Shown here piece by piece: positions 25,926-40,151 of a DNA stretch of 64,000 nucleotides. Every line of letters begins with the position of its first letter. Position 1 is the stretch's first letter. The translations under genes were made by a program, and so were the position numbers. The notes under the pieces are model-generated. The model was not told the origin of the DNA. It searched no databases and was given only the letters and a program-made list of their open reading frames with translations. Source of the stretch: Balanoglossus misakiensis (Eukaryota; Animalia; Hemichordata); contig CM082595.2 of assembly GCA_040954595.2 (NCBI GenBank), positions 9,351,918 to 9,415,917 on the forward strand. Direction: 5' to 3'.

Positions 25926-26684
25926 GCAGTGTTACCAAAGAACCTAATGTAAAAAAAGAATAAAATTATTTTAATAATCTGATTAGGTCAAGTCATCATA
26001 TTGATAAAGAAAACGACAAGAAGAAATCATTTAAAAATTAACGCTGCCAGCACCATTGGTTGGGCCCAAACGGTTCCCATGGTTACCAGGGTATGCCAAG
26101 GCTGTATTCTGCTGTGAATACCAAGATATATGAAAGCTGGTCAAAGGTTACCCCAGGGTCATTGAAAATCGCAAAAAATAGCGTCAAGGACACTGTGGTC
26201 TCATTTAGTGATTACACTAGAAAAAGTCTACACAGGAGTACAGACAGACAGACACACACATAGAGAGGCAATAAAATATGATGCCCCCCCCCAGCCCCGA
26301 AAACATCTTGATCTTATGTATGCTGGCCTGGTACAATAGACAAACCAGCCAATTAATGAAAATTTTGTACAAATACAGAGCTCAAAGTTGCATTTTAGTG
26401 AGCCCAAAAGCAAATTAACTCAATGTTATGACAAATTTTACTTTTGCCACTCAAAGTTTGCATCGGTGGGGTGGGATGGCAAGTACTCTTCCCTGATACA
26501 ATAGACAAACCAGCCAATAAATGAAATGAGGTGAAGAATGAAGGTGAAGAATGAATAACTTTATTTGATTCCATTATCTAAACAAACACATCCAATTAAC
26601 TTCCTACTCAAATTTCAAAGTAATCAGTCATAGGTTTTGTAAATCATCATGAGAAATCACCCTGAAACCAAATCAAATCAAAAA

Positions 26685-26982
26685 TCATATAAGCCTAGTC
26701 GGGCTCTGCGCTCCAGCTCAAGGAACCAGTTGTGTGTACCAAAGTACAGACTCAAAACATATGGTGGATGTGCCTTTTCCCTTGTCGCGCCACAACTTTG
26801 GAATTCTCTGCCATCTGACATTCAACAGGCTTCTAGTCTCAACATTTTCAAACAAAAACTCAAGACATTTCTATTTGTCAAAGCCTACGAACACTGATGT
26901 TATACTTTCAGCGCCTTTGGAAATAACATTGTTATTGATTCTGGCGCTTTATAAATGTTTGTTTTGATTTGATTTGATTTGA
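26685..26982 (+). mobile_element. 5'-truncated L2/CR1-group LINE 3' end
   Basis: YKPSRALRSS...YGGCAFSLVAPQLWNSLP...FKQKLKTFLF ORF2 tail, short 3' UTR and (tttga)n tail. Confidence 0.88.
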
Positions 26983-28815
26983 TCCCCCAAAAATATACTA
27001 TTCAATTCATCAAGTTGATTTGAAAAACATACATGCAAATCTTACTTGAGCTACCCCTAACATGACTAACAAATTTTAAAGCAATGGAACAAGCGGTTTT
27101 AGAGAAAAAAAATTAATTAAACAAGGCTGAAATTGCTCCAAAATTATCAATATGCAAATTTTGCAACATTTCAACAAAAGTATTGTAACTCATATCACCT
27201 ACATGAAGCTTCATACTAAATTTTTTTACCACAAATGAGGAAAAAGGCAAAAAATGCATAAAATAGAACATTCAAACTATTAGTTAAAAAAATACAGGAT
27301 TGTATGTGGTTGACATAAGGTACTTGCATACCAATTGTCAAATCAATCTGTAAATTATCATGAGAACAAACCCTGAAACCTTCAAATCAAATTTCAAAGC
27401 AGTGGGGGTAAAGGGGGCACAGTACGATATTTTACCCACAACTCTCCATGATTTGTATCATCGAGATTGTCCATTTAATTACTTTCTGTTTTAGATACTA
27501 ACAATGATATGAAGTACATATAACTGTATTAAGATTTATCTAGAAAAAGTATGTTGAGGAATTAGAGTGAAAATTTCAAAATCAAGATTTAAAAGCCATA
27601 GAAATCAAAGTATTCATTCATGTACGTCAAATGTCACACTTAGGAGGAAAGAAGCAATGACTAACTGAGGTGGCCAGTCTCTGTTGAAAGTTAACATGTA
27701 AATTTCCATTGTTCTGTCTATAGAAAAAAATCAATATCGTTTTGTTTGATTAAACAAGTGTTTCAAGTGTTCCTGTTTTACTTCAAACTTTTTTGTATCG
27801 GCTGGCTATGCAATTGCTTATTTTATAAAATTTGTATCTCCTCTTTCAATAATGCATGATTTTGTTTATCATTTGAAATGGTAATTGACAATAAGATTCG
27901 CCTTTAAAGCATGCTCTCAAAATTTGTATTAGTGGTCTACAATTTTCTCTACACATGTGAACTTTGCCTGGTTTGACCGAGTAATCTCTGGTTGTACAAA
28001 CCAGAGAGATTCATGGGATATTTCACGTACTGTGGGGGGTTCTGAGAAGAGTTTTGACCGAAAATGGCAAAAATCATCCCAAAAATATACTATTCAATTC
28101 ATCAAGTTGATTTGAAAAACATACATGCAAATCTTACTTGGGCTACCCCTAATATGACTAACAAATTTCAAAGCAATGTAACAACCGGTTTAAAAAAAAA
28201 AATTCAAAAACGGCCGAAATTGCTCCAAAATTATGAATATGCAAATTTTGCAACATTTTAACAAAAGTATGCTAACTCATATCACCTATATGAAGCTTCA
28301 TACTAAATTTCAAAGAAGTCGTCTCATCAATTTTAGAAAAGTAGATGTTTTACCAAAAATGAGGAAAAAGGCAAAAAATGCATAAAAATAGAACATTCAA
28401 ACTATTCAAAATACAGGACTAAATGTGGTTGACATAAGGTACTTGCATACCAATTGTCAAATCAATCTGACCAGTGGTTTTGACCAATTTCAAATTTTCC
28501 CAGCTAATTTGCATTTATTTAACAATTTCAACTGAATATGGCTGCCAGGTCAAATGACTGATTTGAATTTCAAGGTGCACACTCATTGGCAAGGACAACT
28601 GTGACAAATTCAAGAAGCATAGGTGTGGCAGGTTTTCAGAGCAAGGTGTAAAAAATATCCAGGGAATGGGGCCCAAGCTCCTAAAAACCCAGCACAATAC
28701 CAATAGGGACTCATATTACTAACAAAGTGTAAGCCTGTAATAAGTCAAAAGCTGCACATCTTTTTACCACCTCGTGCCAGTACTAAGCAATAAGACTTTT
28801 TATAGAGTTGTTTAA

Positions 28816-29548
28816 GGTGGCACTGCATGAAACCGTCGAGACTTTTTCAGAGGCCTATTTCTCATCAAAGACAAAGTTTAAACCCCCATAAACCATATAT
28901 ATTCTGGAAGCTGAGATTTTGAACTTTTGTTTGAGTTGCAAATATTATTGATCCCCGGAAATGGTGGCGATTTTGGGCGAAAAAACCCATTTTTTTATAT
29001 TATGTCATGAAATTTAAAATAGGTAAAAAAGTTGACCATGCATCATGCATCTTAATATGTCATTCGAAACTAAAGTACACGTGCAAAAAAACGCTAATTT
29101 TGTTTTGCGTTATCTGCTTCCATTGAGGAGTAACAGCGTTTGAAAGTTAGATTTTCTGAAAATTTGATCAAATTCACGGTGAGTTGTATTGAATCAGAGT
29201 TTATTCCCGCTAGGGACACTTTATCGACATACAAAACTAGCGTTTTGTTGGATGGGTCATACACAATTCCCTGTCAAAATTTGAGCAAATTCGGCCAATG
29301 CAGGGCGAAGCTATTTTAGTCCGAAGTTGTCAAAAGCAGCGAAAATGCAAACCGAGAAAAACGGCCATTTGCATTGTTGACACCTATTTGTTAAGCTGTG
29401 AACTCATTCAGAAAAGTGCTATTTGGGGGTGATTGTGCACCATTTCCGCCAAGACGTATTAGTCAGGATGTGGGTGAGTATTAGGCCTACCGATTTATGT
29501 AAAAAAGTAAAATTTGGCAAAAATCACAACTTTTCATGCAATGCCACC
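28816..29548. mobile_element. TTAA-target non-autonomous DNA transposon (Kolobok-like)
   Basis: ttaa|ggtggcactgcatgaaa ... tttcatgcaatgccacc|ttaa. Confidence 0.85.
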
Positions 29549-31734
29549 TTAATTGTCTCTGCTGATGCCAGAGATTGAAAAAGAATCCTACAAGTTAGGA
29601 TTTTCAGAAACAATGATAGCTATTTCTATTACTGTTTGTAAACAAAAATGTGATGTTCACCGCCTTGTTTTCAGAAAAGTATTTACATAAATGTTTTTCC
29701 ATAGAGTTAACACAGACATTGGCAGCCATCTTGAATTTCAAAAACTGCAACAATATCTCCAATGCAACAAATCTGCAAATTGTACTATTTGACACCTGAC
29801 TTAGGTCAAGGGGTTTCAGAGATGATGACTACTCTTCAGACTTAGACAAAATAATAATGCAATATTCAGCGGAATTTCAAAAGCATTGACTAAGATCACC
29901 AAGGGACAATTCATACCAAAGATCAAAACAATTAGACGTACCTATTTTAAAGATCATTATGAAAACTTTACTGATTCGGTTATAATGTAAATAAAAGTAG
30001 ATCACCCCTGTGGACATGGCAATCAGACATGCATATTCTGACAAGATTTTTTGTTTGTACAAAAAGGCAACTGTCTCCAAAATACAAAATTACAGATTAT
30101 GTCACATACCTCAGGGAGATCAATACTAAATTTCAGAGAAAATTTCCCCCCAAATATGCAAATTTCACCATATTTTGAAGAAACAACTTGTGTCATACCT
30201 AGAAACCTGCATAGTCAAAGTAATCTACGAGCTTAGCTTTTTTCTTCCAAAAACAGCAAAAAACTTGTTCCAAACTACAAATATGCAGAATTCAACACAA
30301 TTTGAACACACATTACTTCGCCACCCCAAGAAACCTGCACACCAATTTTAAAAGCACTTGCGCCAGTGATTTCAGAAAAGAAAAATGTTGACAGACATAG
30401 GATGACTGAACATCTATCTACCTGTCAGATAACTTTTGCAGTGCTGAGAGCAGAGCTAGAGATTGGTGTTGTCTTTTTACATTTTAAATCATCACACTTT
30501 GCTACTCAAAGCTACTATTCTGCTATGCTTGAGAAATGACTTGGGACCATTTTTGGCAAACAATAGTCACTAATCTTCCTCAGTTTATAGTACAATGTAC
30601 CGACACTGTTTTAGTAATGTACTGAAAATGTTCAGACTATTTCTTGTGTCTGCATATGTCTTTAGTACAGAAGAATAATCTATCCGGTTGTCATTTCTCT
30701 GTTTATTCAGAAATAAACTAGTCTGGGTTGCAACAGTAAAAATTTTAAAATATTCATACCCTTTCTGAAGGATGTTCAAAACCAATACCTATGTGAAGTA
30801 TTATATCAAATTTGCTGGGTAACTGTGGATTTATAACTTTTGCTAATTACAGTGCTAACTCACACTGGATGATTCGACGGTAATTTTAGATTCATATGAA
30901 GATTTTTTACCAATAATGTTGAAAAATACAAACAAATGCATCAAAAATAGAAAATCTAAATTAGCTCAAAACATACAGGACTGTATGAGGTAGGCATAAG
31001 GTACTTGCATACCAATTTCCAAATCAATCTGACCAGCAGTTGTTGAATTTTGCGAGTTTTGACCAATTTCACATTTTCCAGCTAATTTGCATATATTTGG
31101 TAATGACATTTTCATGTTAACAAACTCCAATCTACAGCCCAGCCTGCATCTGCACACCAAATATCGAGGTGATATGCACAACGGTTTTCAAGTTTTAGAT
31201 GTGGACGGACATACAGACATACATCCATACAAACAGACAGACATACTGTAAAACACTTTATTTTCGCGAGCAATTAATTTTCGCCAAATACGCGAGAGCC
31301 AAAATAACGTGAAAATAAAAAGTCGCGTAAATTGTTTTTGAAGATAACGATGCAGTGAATGAAATAAGAGAACGCGAAAATTAATACTCGCGAAACAGTG
31401 GCCTCTCTCGATATCGCGAAAAATTTAACTCGCGAAAATACAGTACATCCATACATAAATACAGACGCAACTGATTCCATAAGGCCCATGGTACATACCA
31501 TATGGGACCTAAAAACTGCAGAAGCTACACAAAACATTAATACTGAAAACATGGCAAACAGTTGTTGCTAACGGGGTTTTAAATCTCCCTTATAGATATT
31601 TTTGAACTCCCAATTTATGATTATTGACTGTTTGATTGATTAGTTGTTGCACAAATGATAGTATTATCAAAGTAAATAATATCTGTGAGAAATTTCTTTT
31701 CATATTTATTTGAATATGGATAGGGTAAGATGGG

Positions 31735-34700
31735 GGTTAAACAAAACTACATTTGTTCAAAAGTGGCAAAAACACAAATATGCAAAAATCACTATAATTG
31801 TACGCCATCTTACTTAAATCACTACAAGGAACATTCCTGTCAAAGTTCAAAGCAATCTGACAAGCGCTTTCAGACACAGCGAATTTGATAACCATCTACA
31901 AATATATTTTTATTTTTTAAACAATTCTTTTACAACACCTTACTTGGGTTACCCCCCTAGGAATCTGCATTCTGAGCAAAAATTACAAAATTGCTCAAAA
32001 TTATAAATATACCAATTTCACAACAATTTGCAATTTGAACAAAAACTATGGCTTTCAGAAAGGAAGATTTTTCTTTACCAATAATGCAGTAAAAGACAAA
32101 ACAATAAAAATAGAAAATTCATAATATTAGCTCAAAACAAAACATACAGGACTGTATGGCATTTATTGACATTTATAAGAATATGGACAGGGTATGATAG
32201 GGGGGGGGGGGAATTATAAATTCCAAGGGGGTCATCAATTTTTTGTCATAGCTTTTTGGGGCCATAAAAAAATAACCTAAAAAGTAGGAAATCCTACGTC
32301 CCCCTAAGCTTTCATTCTGGCCAACAACTATTTATGAAGGCTTCTGCAGTTGTTAAAAACAGATTGCCTGCTATGTTAGACTATCAATCTATAGAGGGGA
32401 TGAAAAATGTCCTTTTGTCAAGTGTCTGGATTTTGATAACTTCAACAGGTAAAAATATATTTGTAGATGTTTATCAAATTCGCTATGTCTGAAACAGTAT
32501 GCTTGCAAATGTATTAATATAGTCAGATAATATGAATAGTGAAGATAGCAAAACAAACAGGTTTATGCTTATAGCCATAACTTCTATTAGTGATGTACAT
32601 GTTGTACTTAGCAAATAATTGTTATGATCAACTTGGTTTTTATTGCACAAGATCTTTTTATTGCATCCATGTTTCGTTTCATTCTGGATAATAGTCTGTC
32701 TAAATAAGTTAACAGGCTTGATGAGGGTTATTTTAAACAGTGTTCTCAAAAAACCTGCAATGTCATGCCCTATATTTATAAAGTTGAGGAGAGGTTGTAT
32801 TCCTAGCAGGATGTTGAAATCATTGGAGGACAAACCCTGCCAGTACCAAAAGTTGCTGGGTGTTATAAATGTTTGAGTAACCCCCCCCCCCCCCCCCCCC
32901 CTTCCCCAATAACACAATATATACTAAAACATTTTTACAACATCTTACTCAGTTTACCCTTAGGAATATGCCTACCAAATCAATCTGGCATGCAGTTTTA
33001 AAGAAAAAAAAAATGACCAAAAGTGGCAAAAATTGCTCAAAATTAAAATATGCAAATTTTTCAACAATTTGAACAAAACTTTGGTTACTCAGACAACCAT
33101 TAGAAGCTTCATACTAAAATTCAAAGAATGAGGCCTATAACTTTAAGAAATGATGATTTCTTTACCAATAATGTGGAATAATACAAAAAATGCATAAAAG
33201 ATTTTTGGCATAAAAAATTAAAAATCGATAATATTAGCTCAAAACATACAGGACTGTTTGAGGTAGACATAAGGTACATGCATACTGATTTTCAAATGAA
33301 TGTGACCAGTGGTTGTTGAGTTTGAGTTTTGACCAATTTCACATTTTCCTAGCTAATTTGCATATTTTTGGCAATGACAGCTTCATTTGAACAAACTCCA
33401 ATCTTCAGCCTGGCCTGCATCTACACACCAAATATCGAGGTCATATGCCCAGCGGTTTTCAAGTTTGTGATGTGGACGGACATACAGACATACATACATA
33501 CATCCACCGATATCATAAGGTCCCATGGTAAAGCAAATGGGACCTTACAAAACTATGATAACTCAGATCACCTATGAAGCTTCATACTAAATTTCAAATA
33601 AGTCAGCTGATCAATTCCAGAAAAGCAGATTTTCTACCGATAATGTGGAAAGAGACAAAAAATACATAAAAAATCGAAAATTCACATTAGCTCACAACAT
33701 ATAGAACTGTGTGAGGTTAACATAACTTACAGGAATACCAATTTTCAATTTTGAAAGCAATTTGCTCAGTAGTTGTCGAGTTCCCGAGTTTGGACGAATT
33801 TGACACTTTCCCAGCTAATTTGCATATTTTGGCAATGACAAGTTCATTTTGACAACTCCCACTTAATGCCCTGCCTGCATCTCCACACTAAATATCAAGG
33901 TCACATGCCAGTGGTTTCCAAGTGTTTGATATTGATAGACATACAGACAAACATCCATACAGACATCCATATATACAGGTGCAACTGATCCCATAAGGTC
34001 CCATGGTATAAATACATATACCTGCACCAAATGGGACCTAATAATTCTGATAAAATGCCTACATAGTAAGTTTAAAAACCAATTGTACCTTCAACGTCCT
34101 TGGACAACAATGGCTAATATTACTTGCCAAGGGCGACTAGAATTTTGGGGGCCTGATGCAATTCTGATACATGTACTTCATGATTTAGAGATATTGTGAA
34201 AATCCTGTCAACCGAATTACAGGGAAATCAGATTTTCCATGTAAAATCATATCACCCAAAAATGTCAAGTGTCGAAAATAATTTTGAAACAAAAAGTCTA
34301 CTCAAAATCATACCAAAATTTAAATTTTAAAGCAGTACGTTAGGCAAGCAATTTGAGAATGAAGAAACTTACAAAAAAATTATAAATTGAAAATAACTTA
34401 CAAATGCCGTACACAAACTTACAATCACTACCATATTACTGTACAAGTTAAAAGGACATTGTACCAGCAGAGACATTGCGATCGAGCAATCCCCAAGATA
34501 TACATGACATGGTCTAATTACAAATATTGAATATGTAAAATAGGTACACAACACTTCCATTCTTTCAGTACAGTCAGCTGCTTGTTAACAATAGGCATGT
34601 AGCTATTTCATCAACACCTTTCAATCATTAACTGGTTTATCTAGTGTCCCATGTCAGGGGACTTGCCCCCACCCCATGATAACTTTGAGCGGCGACGGTT

Positions 34701-36985
34701 AAATTTATCCTCCCCAACATACTGGTAGTTGAGTTAATTTGCTTTTGCCGGGTTCATAAAAATGCAGCTTTGAGCTCTGTATTTTATAAAATTTTCTTAC
34801 GTGGGAGGGGGACACCCCTTCCCACACCCACCCCCTTCAATTCCCGGTTTACAATGTCTCCCAACACAGAATACAAATACTTAAAAAATAAAAACCATGT
34901 TCAGTTTTAATACCCACTGATGAGGGGAAACATCAGTTTCAAAGTCTTTTCATGGGAGCGCTGTTTTTCTTTTTTACAAGATAGATAAGTGATGTGTTTT
35001 GCTCTGTGAAAGAAAATGGGGGGGGGGGGGGATTTTAAAATTTTGGCAGTTCAGAAGGGGGTGGGGGATTTGAAAATATTTCGGGTTGTGTACAGGGGGG
35101 GGGGGGCATGTGAAAATTAGCAGTAAAAAAATTGAATTTCCCCCCCCCCCCCCCCATCCAGAGGTGTTTGTGAATGGAGCCTAAGCTAAAGCTAAAGTGA
35201 TAATGGGTCATAACAGACAAAATAACAAAATGTGAAAAACATTTAATGAGTTTAATATGCTAACTACGGAGACAGACATGTTTGACCAAAGCATGAAATA
35301 CACAAAATGTATCATTTCTTCCACCTCTTACTACAGTGGGTTGTAGACTTTTCGCCCAGAATGCAATGTGATTTGACCCCCTAGCGCAAAGTGAAAACCT
35401 ATTTAAGGCAGCCAGAATTTTCTGCATAGTATGACGGAAACATTTGTAAAGTCATGGCTAGCGTGGGCTGGTAAGTTTATATGGGGCTCTCCATGATAAC
35501 CAGTTGTGGCTTACCACCACCATAATTTTGAAAGGGCGACTTCACTATTTGATGGGAAAAGGTAGCCTTTACAAACAAGCTATGGAGCATGTATACAGCA
35601 AGTTGTGCTTACCGGAAAGCGGTCTTGGATCAGGCCTAGGTATTCTCTTCCTCCTCCGGCATACGTTGAAATGCTGTGTTTAAGACTGTGAATCAAATAT
35701 ATGCTTATCAATTAGTAACCAATCAACCTTGCTTTAGAATTATTTGGGCCATACTAATTAGTGAAAATATGCAAAACATGGTATAATATAGGGTCAGACT
35801 GTGCTGCGATAATGTACGTGGAATACGAATCAGAGAAATCTGTAACAGCGATCTTGAAACTCCATTTACATCAGTACTGCAGTAAAGTGGTCCACATGGG
35901 TATACCACAAACATGGCAGTTAGGTGACAAGTGAAACTGACATCATATCTGTAAACGACAGGTGTACACACACTTTGACATCTACGTAACACTGTACAAT
36001 GATTTCTTAATGTTTGTTGTGAAAATGAAACTTACATTTGATCCACCTCACTTTTCATACAACTGATTAGCGCAAGAATGTAAATTGTTGGCAATTATAA
36101 AACATTTATTTTACTATAGAAAAGTAAGCCTTTACATTTAAACTTTGAATATCAGTATACTAAAATGTTTCAAACGTGGCTGTCAGTATATCTCATGGCA
36201 TGGTGGCAGAAGTACATGTTGTTACCAGGGAAGACACATTGAACATAGACAAGCGCACTAGTCGCTTGGTGATTTTTCATCTAGATTCTCAAAACTTTCT
36301 GTGCATTTGGTAGCTTTGAGCAAGTTTCTGGTACTGAGCTGAGTTTCGAATTTGGAACTGGGCTGCTTTGGCTTTGATTACCATGGGCCAATATGATCTT
36401 ATGCACACATTTTTGAAAAAAACTCCAGCCTGTTTGTGTCGTGATCTATATTTTTCTTTGTGGCCTAAGGTATTGTTTTATTTCACTATAAACAACATTA
36501 CTTTCCTTCATGTGTCTATATATAATAATAGATCTCTTAGCCAGTTTGATGAAGCATAGTGTTGGACTAGCACACTTTCAGCCAAAATTACGGTATCTCC
36601 CCGTGTATTGGTATGGGAGTAATTTCTAGCTATATGGTTAAGGAAATGCATCCAAATTTAATTTATGCTTCACATGAAGATTTGAACTTGACCATTTAAT
36701 TCATGTCATCACGATCATATCACAGGCAATCGAGGCTAGAATTCGAAGGAAAAAAGTATTGATAACTGGAAGGTGTAAATTAGTTCGTAGACATACATTG
36801 TTTCCTATTGTTTCGGTTGTGCCACGCCCGATAAAAGCAAATATACAGCAAGTCATGCTTACCATTGAGCGGTCTTAAACTCGCCCCAGACGAGGAAGAG
36901 AATCCCGAGTTGAAATGCAGACAATTTCAGGCAGCATCTGTGAATCAAATAGATATAGAAGTTAGTAACCAGTCATAGTAGCTCT
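31735..36985 (+). repeat. Direct segmental duplication, copy 1 (partner ~42425-46300)
   Basis: Collinear near-identical blocks: 33545-34612/43235-44383, 35180-35797/44520-45367, 36420-36985/45370-46300. Confidence 0.88.
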
Positions 36986-38142
36986 AAGTTGGGTGTAAAA
37001 GTCTAAGTTGGGTGTACTAACTCTCCTTGTTAACAGTAACTTTCAAAGAAACTGAGCAATTGGTTAAAAAGATTTGCTATCCAAAAACAAAGAAATTTAC
37101 AACAAACTACCTAAATATTGACAACCAGAATTTAATCAAAGTTGCACATACATGTACATGTGTTATGAAATTGTTAACTAACTTCCAAAGCAATCAGGAA
37201 CCAGATATTAACTGAATATGCTCACGTGCAGTACTGTGATTGGTTGACAGAATAACAAGATTAGAAAAACCAGTTTTAAACCATTTTGGTTTATAGTGTA
37301 TATGATGTAAGGGTTGTGTGTTGCACCATTGTGAAATGTAAACATGTTTGTGGAATTGTTGCCTTGTCAATTTTTGTAAGGGGTTATGAGTCATGTACCC
37401 CATCCTGAACTGCATAAAAATAATAAGTCTATGGAATTCTAAAACTCTTTGATCAAAAATGGCAAGAAATATACCAAAAAGTATGAATATTTCACCAGAT
37501 TTCAACAAATCTGATTTCTGTTCATGCCTAAGAACCTCTTTAACAAGTTTCAATAAGGAAGACATTTTGGCAAACAACAGGAAATTCAGACAAATCTGAC
37601 TGATATCACATATAACAGTATAGAAAACATTTTCCAATTTCCGAAAAACCTCTTTTTTACATAATTACTGCTGAAAAAGTTAGAAATTTATGAAAATATT
37701 CCTTATTCTTTGCCAATTTCTAATGAAAAAATTACATAAAGGTATTCTTAGTCTCTTTCCTGCAGCTGTACAGCAGGAAAAATGCATTTTGTCATATTTT
37801 GGCTTTAAACTCAAATTAAAATTTATCTGTGAAAAAACTGAGTCTCCTTCAAAGCCACGTACATGACAGTCCTTTTGATTTTTTTCTAATGAAATTTTGT
37901 CTCCATGTTTATCATGAGTAATATTTCTATTGAAAATTTGCAAGTGTGTGAATTGTTTGTAAAATTTCGCCAGAAAAAACAATAGCATCAAAAAGTAAAT
38001 CTGAAACCCAATATTTATTACAAGAATTGTTAGATTAATATCCGTATCACACAAATCCGTTGGATTTCGTATGAATTTTAGGAAATAAGCACTGCTAATT
38101 GACAAATCCATATTTTGCAGCTGAAATACTTGGAAAAGAGTC

Positions 38143-38958
38143 AGTGGCATGTGAGAGCTTGGAAATTTCCAAGCACTGACAAGGGTCAGTGGTCGGAAAT
38201 TTCCGGACACTCAGGGAATGTGAGAGCCTGGAAATTTCCAAGCACTGACAAGGGTCAGTGGTCGGAAATTTCCAGACACTCAGGGAATGTGAGAGCCTGG
38301 AAATTTCCAAGCACTGACAAGGGTCAGTGGTCGGAAATTTCCAGACACTCAGGGAATGTGAGAGCCTGGAAATTTCCAAGCACTGACAAGGGTCAGTGGT
38401 CGGAAATTTCCAGACACTCAGGGAATGTGAGAGCCTGGAAATTTCCAAGCACTGACAAGGGTCAGTGGTCGGAAATTTCCAGACACTCAGGGAATGTGAG
38501 AGCTTAGAAATTTCCAAGCACTGACAAGGGTCAGTGGTCGGAAATTTCCAGACACTCAGGGAATGTGAGAGCCTGGAAATTTCCAAGCACTGACAAGGGT
38601 CAGTGGTCGGAAATTTCCGGACACTCAGGGAATGTGAGAGCCTGGAAATTTCCAAGCACTGACAAGGGTCAGTGGTCGGAAATTTCCAGACACTCAGGGA
38701 ATGTGAGAGCCTGGAAATTTCCAAGCACTGACAAGGGTCAGTGGTCGGAAATTTCCAGACACTCAGGGAATGTGAGAGCTTAGAAATTTCCAAGCACTGA
38801 CAAGGGTCAGTGGTCGGAAATTTCCAGACACTCAGGGAATGTGAGAGCCTAGAAATTTCCAAGCACTGACAGGGTCAGTGGTCGGAAATTTCCAGACACT
38901 CGGGGAATGTGAGAGCCTGGAAATTTCCAAGTATTGACAGGGTCAGTGCTTGGAAATC
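38143..38958. repeat. 69-bp tandem array (about 11.5 units), left arm
   Basis: Unit ggaaatttccaagcactgacaagggtcagtggtc + ggaaatttccagacactcagggaatgtgagagcct. Confidence 0.97.
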
Positions 38959-39407
38959 GTGAGTTTCTCTATCATGTTTCAAATTATGGCCTTTAGGAAA
39001 ACGATCTGTTGAGGAACTGCGCCTGTGTTTATATCTTCAACCCTACGGATGAGATTGGTCATTAGACTGCGGTGGCCTCTTCTGCTGTTCTTCTCTCTCT
39101 CTCCATGCCCGACATCCTGGTCTCGGCACCAACAAATGTACCGCGTACACTTGGGAATAGGTTCGGAATGAAGAGAGAGGGGCGGGATGGCCAATACTTC
39201 TTTATAAACAGTGGTTTGAACTGTGACATTTGGTAACACTGCATAATTCAAGAACAATAGCATTTGGTAGTTGTGAAGTTGTGACTTTGTATACAGAGTA
39301 GAAAGAACAATTATGTCAGATAAACAATACCAATTCCCAATAAACAACTAGTGTATGGGCTAACTCAGAGGAGTTGGTAGGCGAAGCCTGTCATGAACAT
39401 TGTGACG

Positions 39408-39803
39408 CTAAGGCTCCTTAGACAAACGTGTTGCGTCTGCGGTCCAGATCCGTACCAGAGCTTTTCGCCGAAATTCGATTTTATCGGGAGAATATCCTTT
39501 CCCTGTCTACTAACCGGTTATAACCGACTCCACGATTGACTTCTTCTAACATCCGAACCGCTCGCTTTCTGAAACTTTTGTGTTTACCCATTGAGATAAC
39601 CTCACTGTATTCAATATGGCGATCTCAACAGGTAAACACAAGAGAAAATCAGAAAGCGAGCGGCTCGGAAGTTAATTACATCATATTTGGAGTCATTTGT
39701 GGGTAGACGGGGAAAGATTCCCCCCGATAAAATCGAATCTCGGCCGAAAAGCTGCTGTCCGGCTCCGGATCTCAGACGAATCAGTTTTGTCCATGGAGCC
39801 TTG
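39408..39803. repeat. ~395-bp imperfect palindrome (old foldback MITE or hairpin)
   Basis: aaggctcc..gacaaa..cgtctg..gcttttcg..cgattttatcggg..gtctac..ccgctcgctttctga mirrored in reverse complement; arms roughly 75% identical by eye. Confidence 0.8.
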
Positions 39804-39869
39804 CAGAGATGTGGTGGAAGCCATGTATTAAACGCCGGGAGAACGCAGACCTGTACGGGGGACTACCAC

Positions 39870-40151
39870 GACCCTGTCAGTGCTTGGAAATTTCCAGGCT
39901 CTCACATTCCCTGAGTGTCCGGAAATTTCCGACCACTGACCCTTGTCAGTGCTTGGAAATTTCTAAGCTCTCACATTCCCTGAGTGTCTGGAAATTTCCG
40001 ACCACTGACCCTTGTCAGTGCTTGGAAATTTCCAGGCTCTCAAATTCCCTGAGTGTCTGGAAATTTCCGACCACTGACCCTTGTCAGTGCTTGGAAATTT
40101 CCAGGCTCTCACATTCCCTGAGTGTCCGGAAATTTCCGACCACTGACCCTT
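39870..40151. repeat. 69-bp tandem array (about 4 units), right arm, inverted relative to the left
   Basis: Reverse complement of the 38143-38958 unit. Confidence 0.97.

Larger units (their letters stand above)
26300..34045. repeat. Cluster of decayed HINE-like dispersed repeats
   Basis: Recurrent blocks (atgaagcttcatactaaatttc, ccagctaatttgcatattt), (gaca/cata)n tracts and taaggtcccatgg..atgggacct hairpin ends at ~31480-31515, ~33515-33547, ~33993-34042; related blocks at 40450-43710. Confidence 0.65.

Noticed and set aside
36650-36720. Intronic C/D snoRNA (GTGATGA on the minus strand)
   Set aside because: No D box nearby, and the C box is not conserved in the duplicate
35613-36937. Exons B+A as a secreted peptide (CCLKLSAFQLGILFLVWGEFKTAQCLKHS...)
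   Set aside because: Three of four differences between B copies are synonymous in this frame, but no start is available, splicing from exon C gives TGA at the junction, and the fourth change puts Arg in the hydrophobic stretch; left as a minor alternative
38979-39347. Transposase ORF inside the foldback element
   Set aside because: Short frames with no recognisable DDE, tyrosine-recombinase or DNA-binding motif
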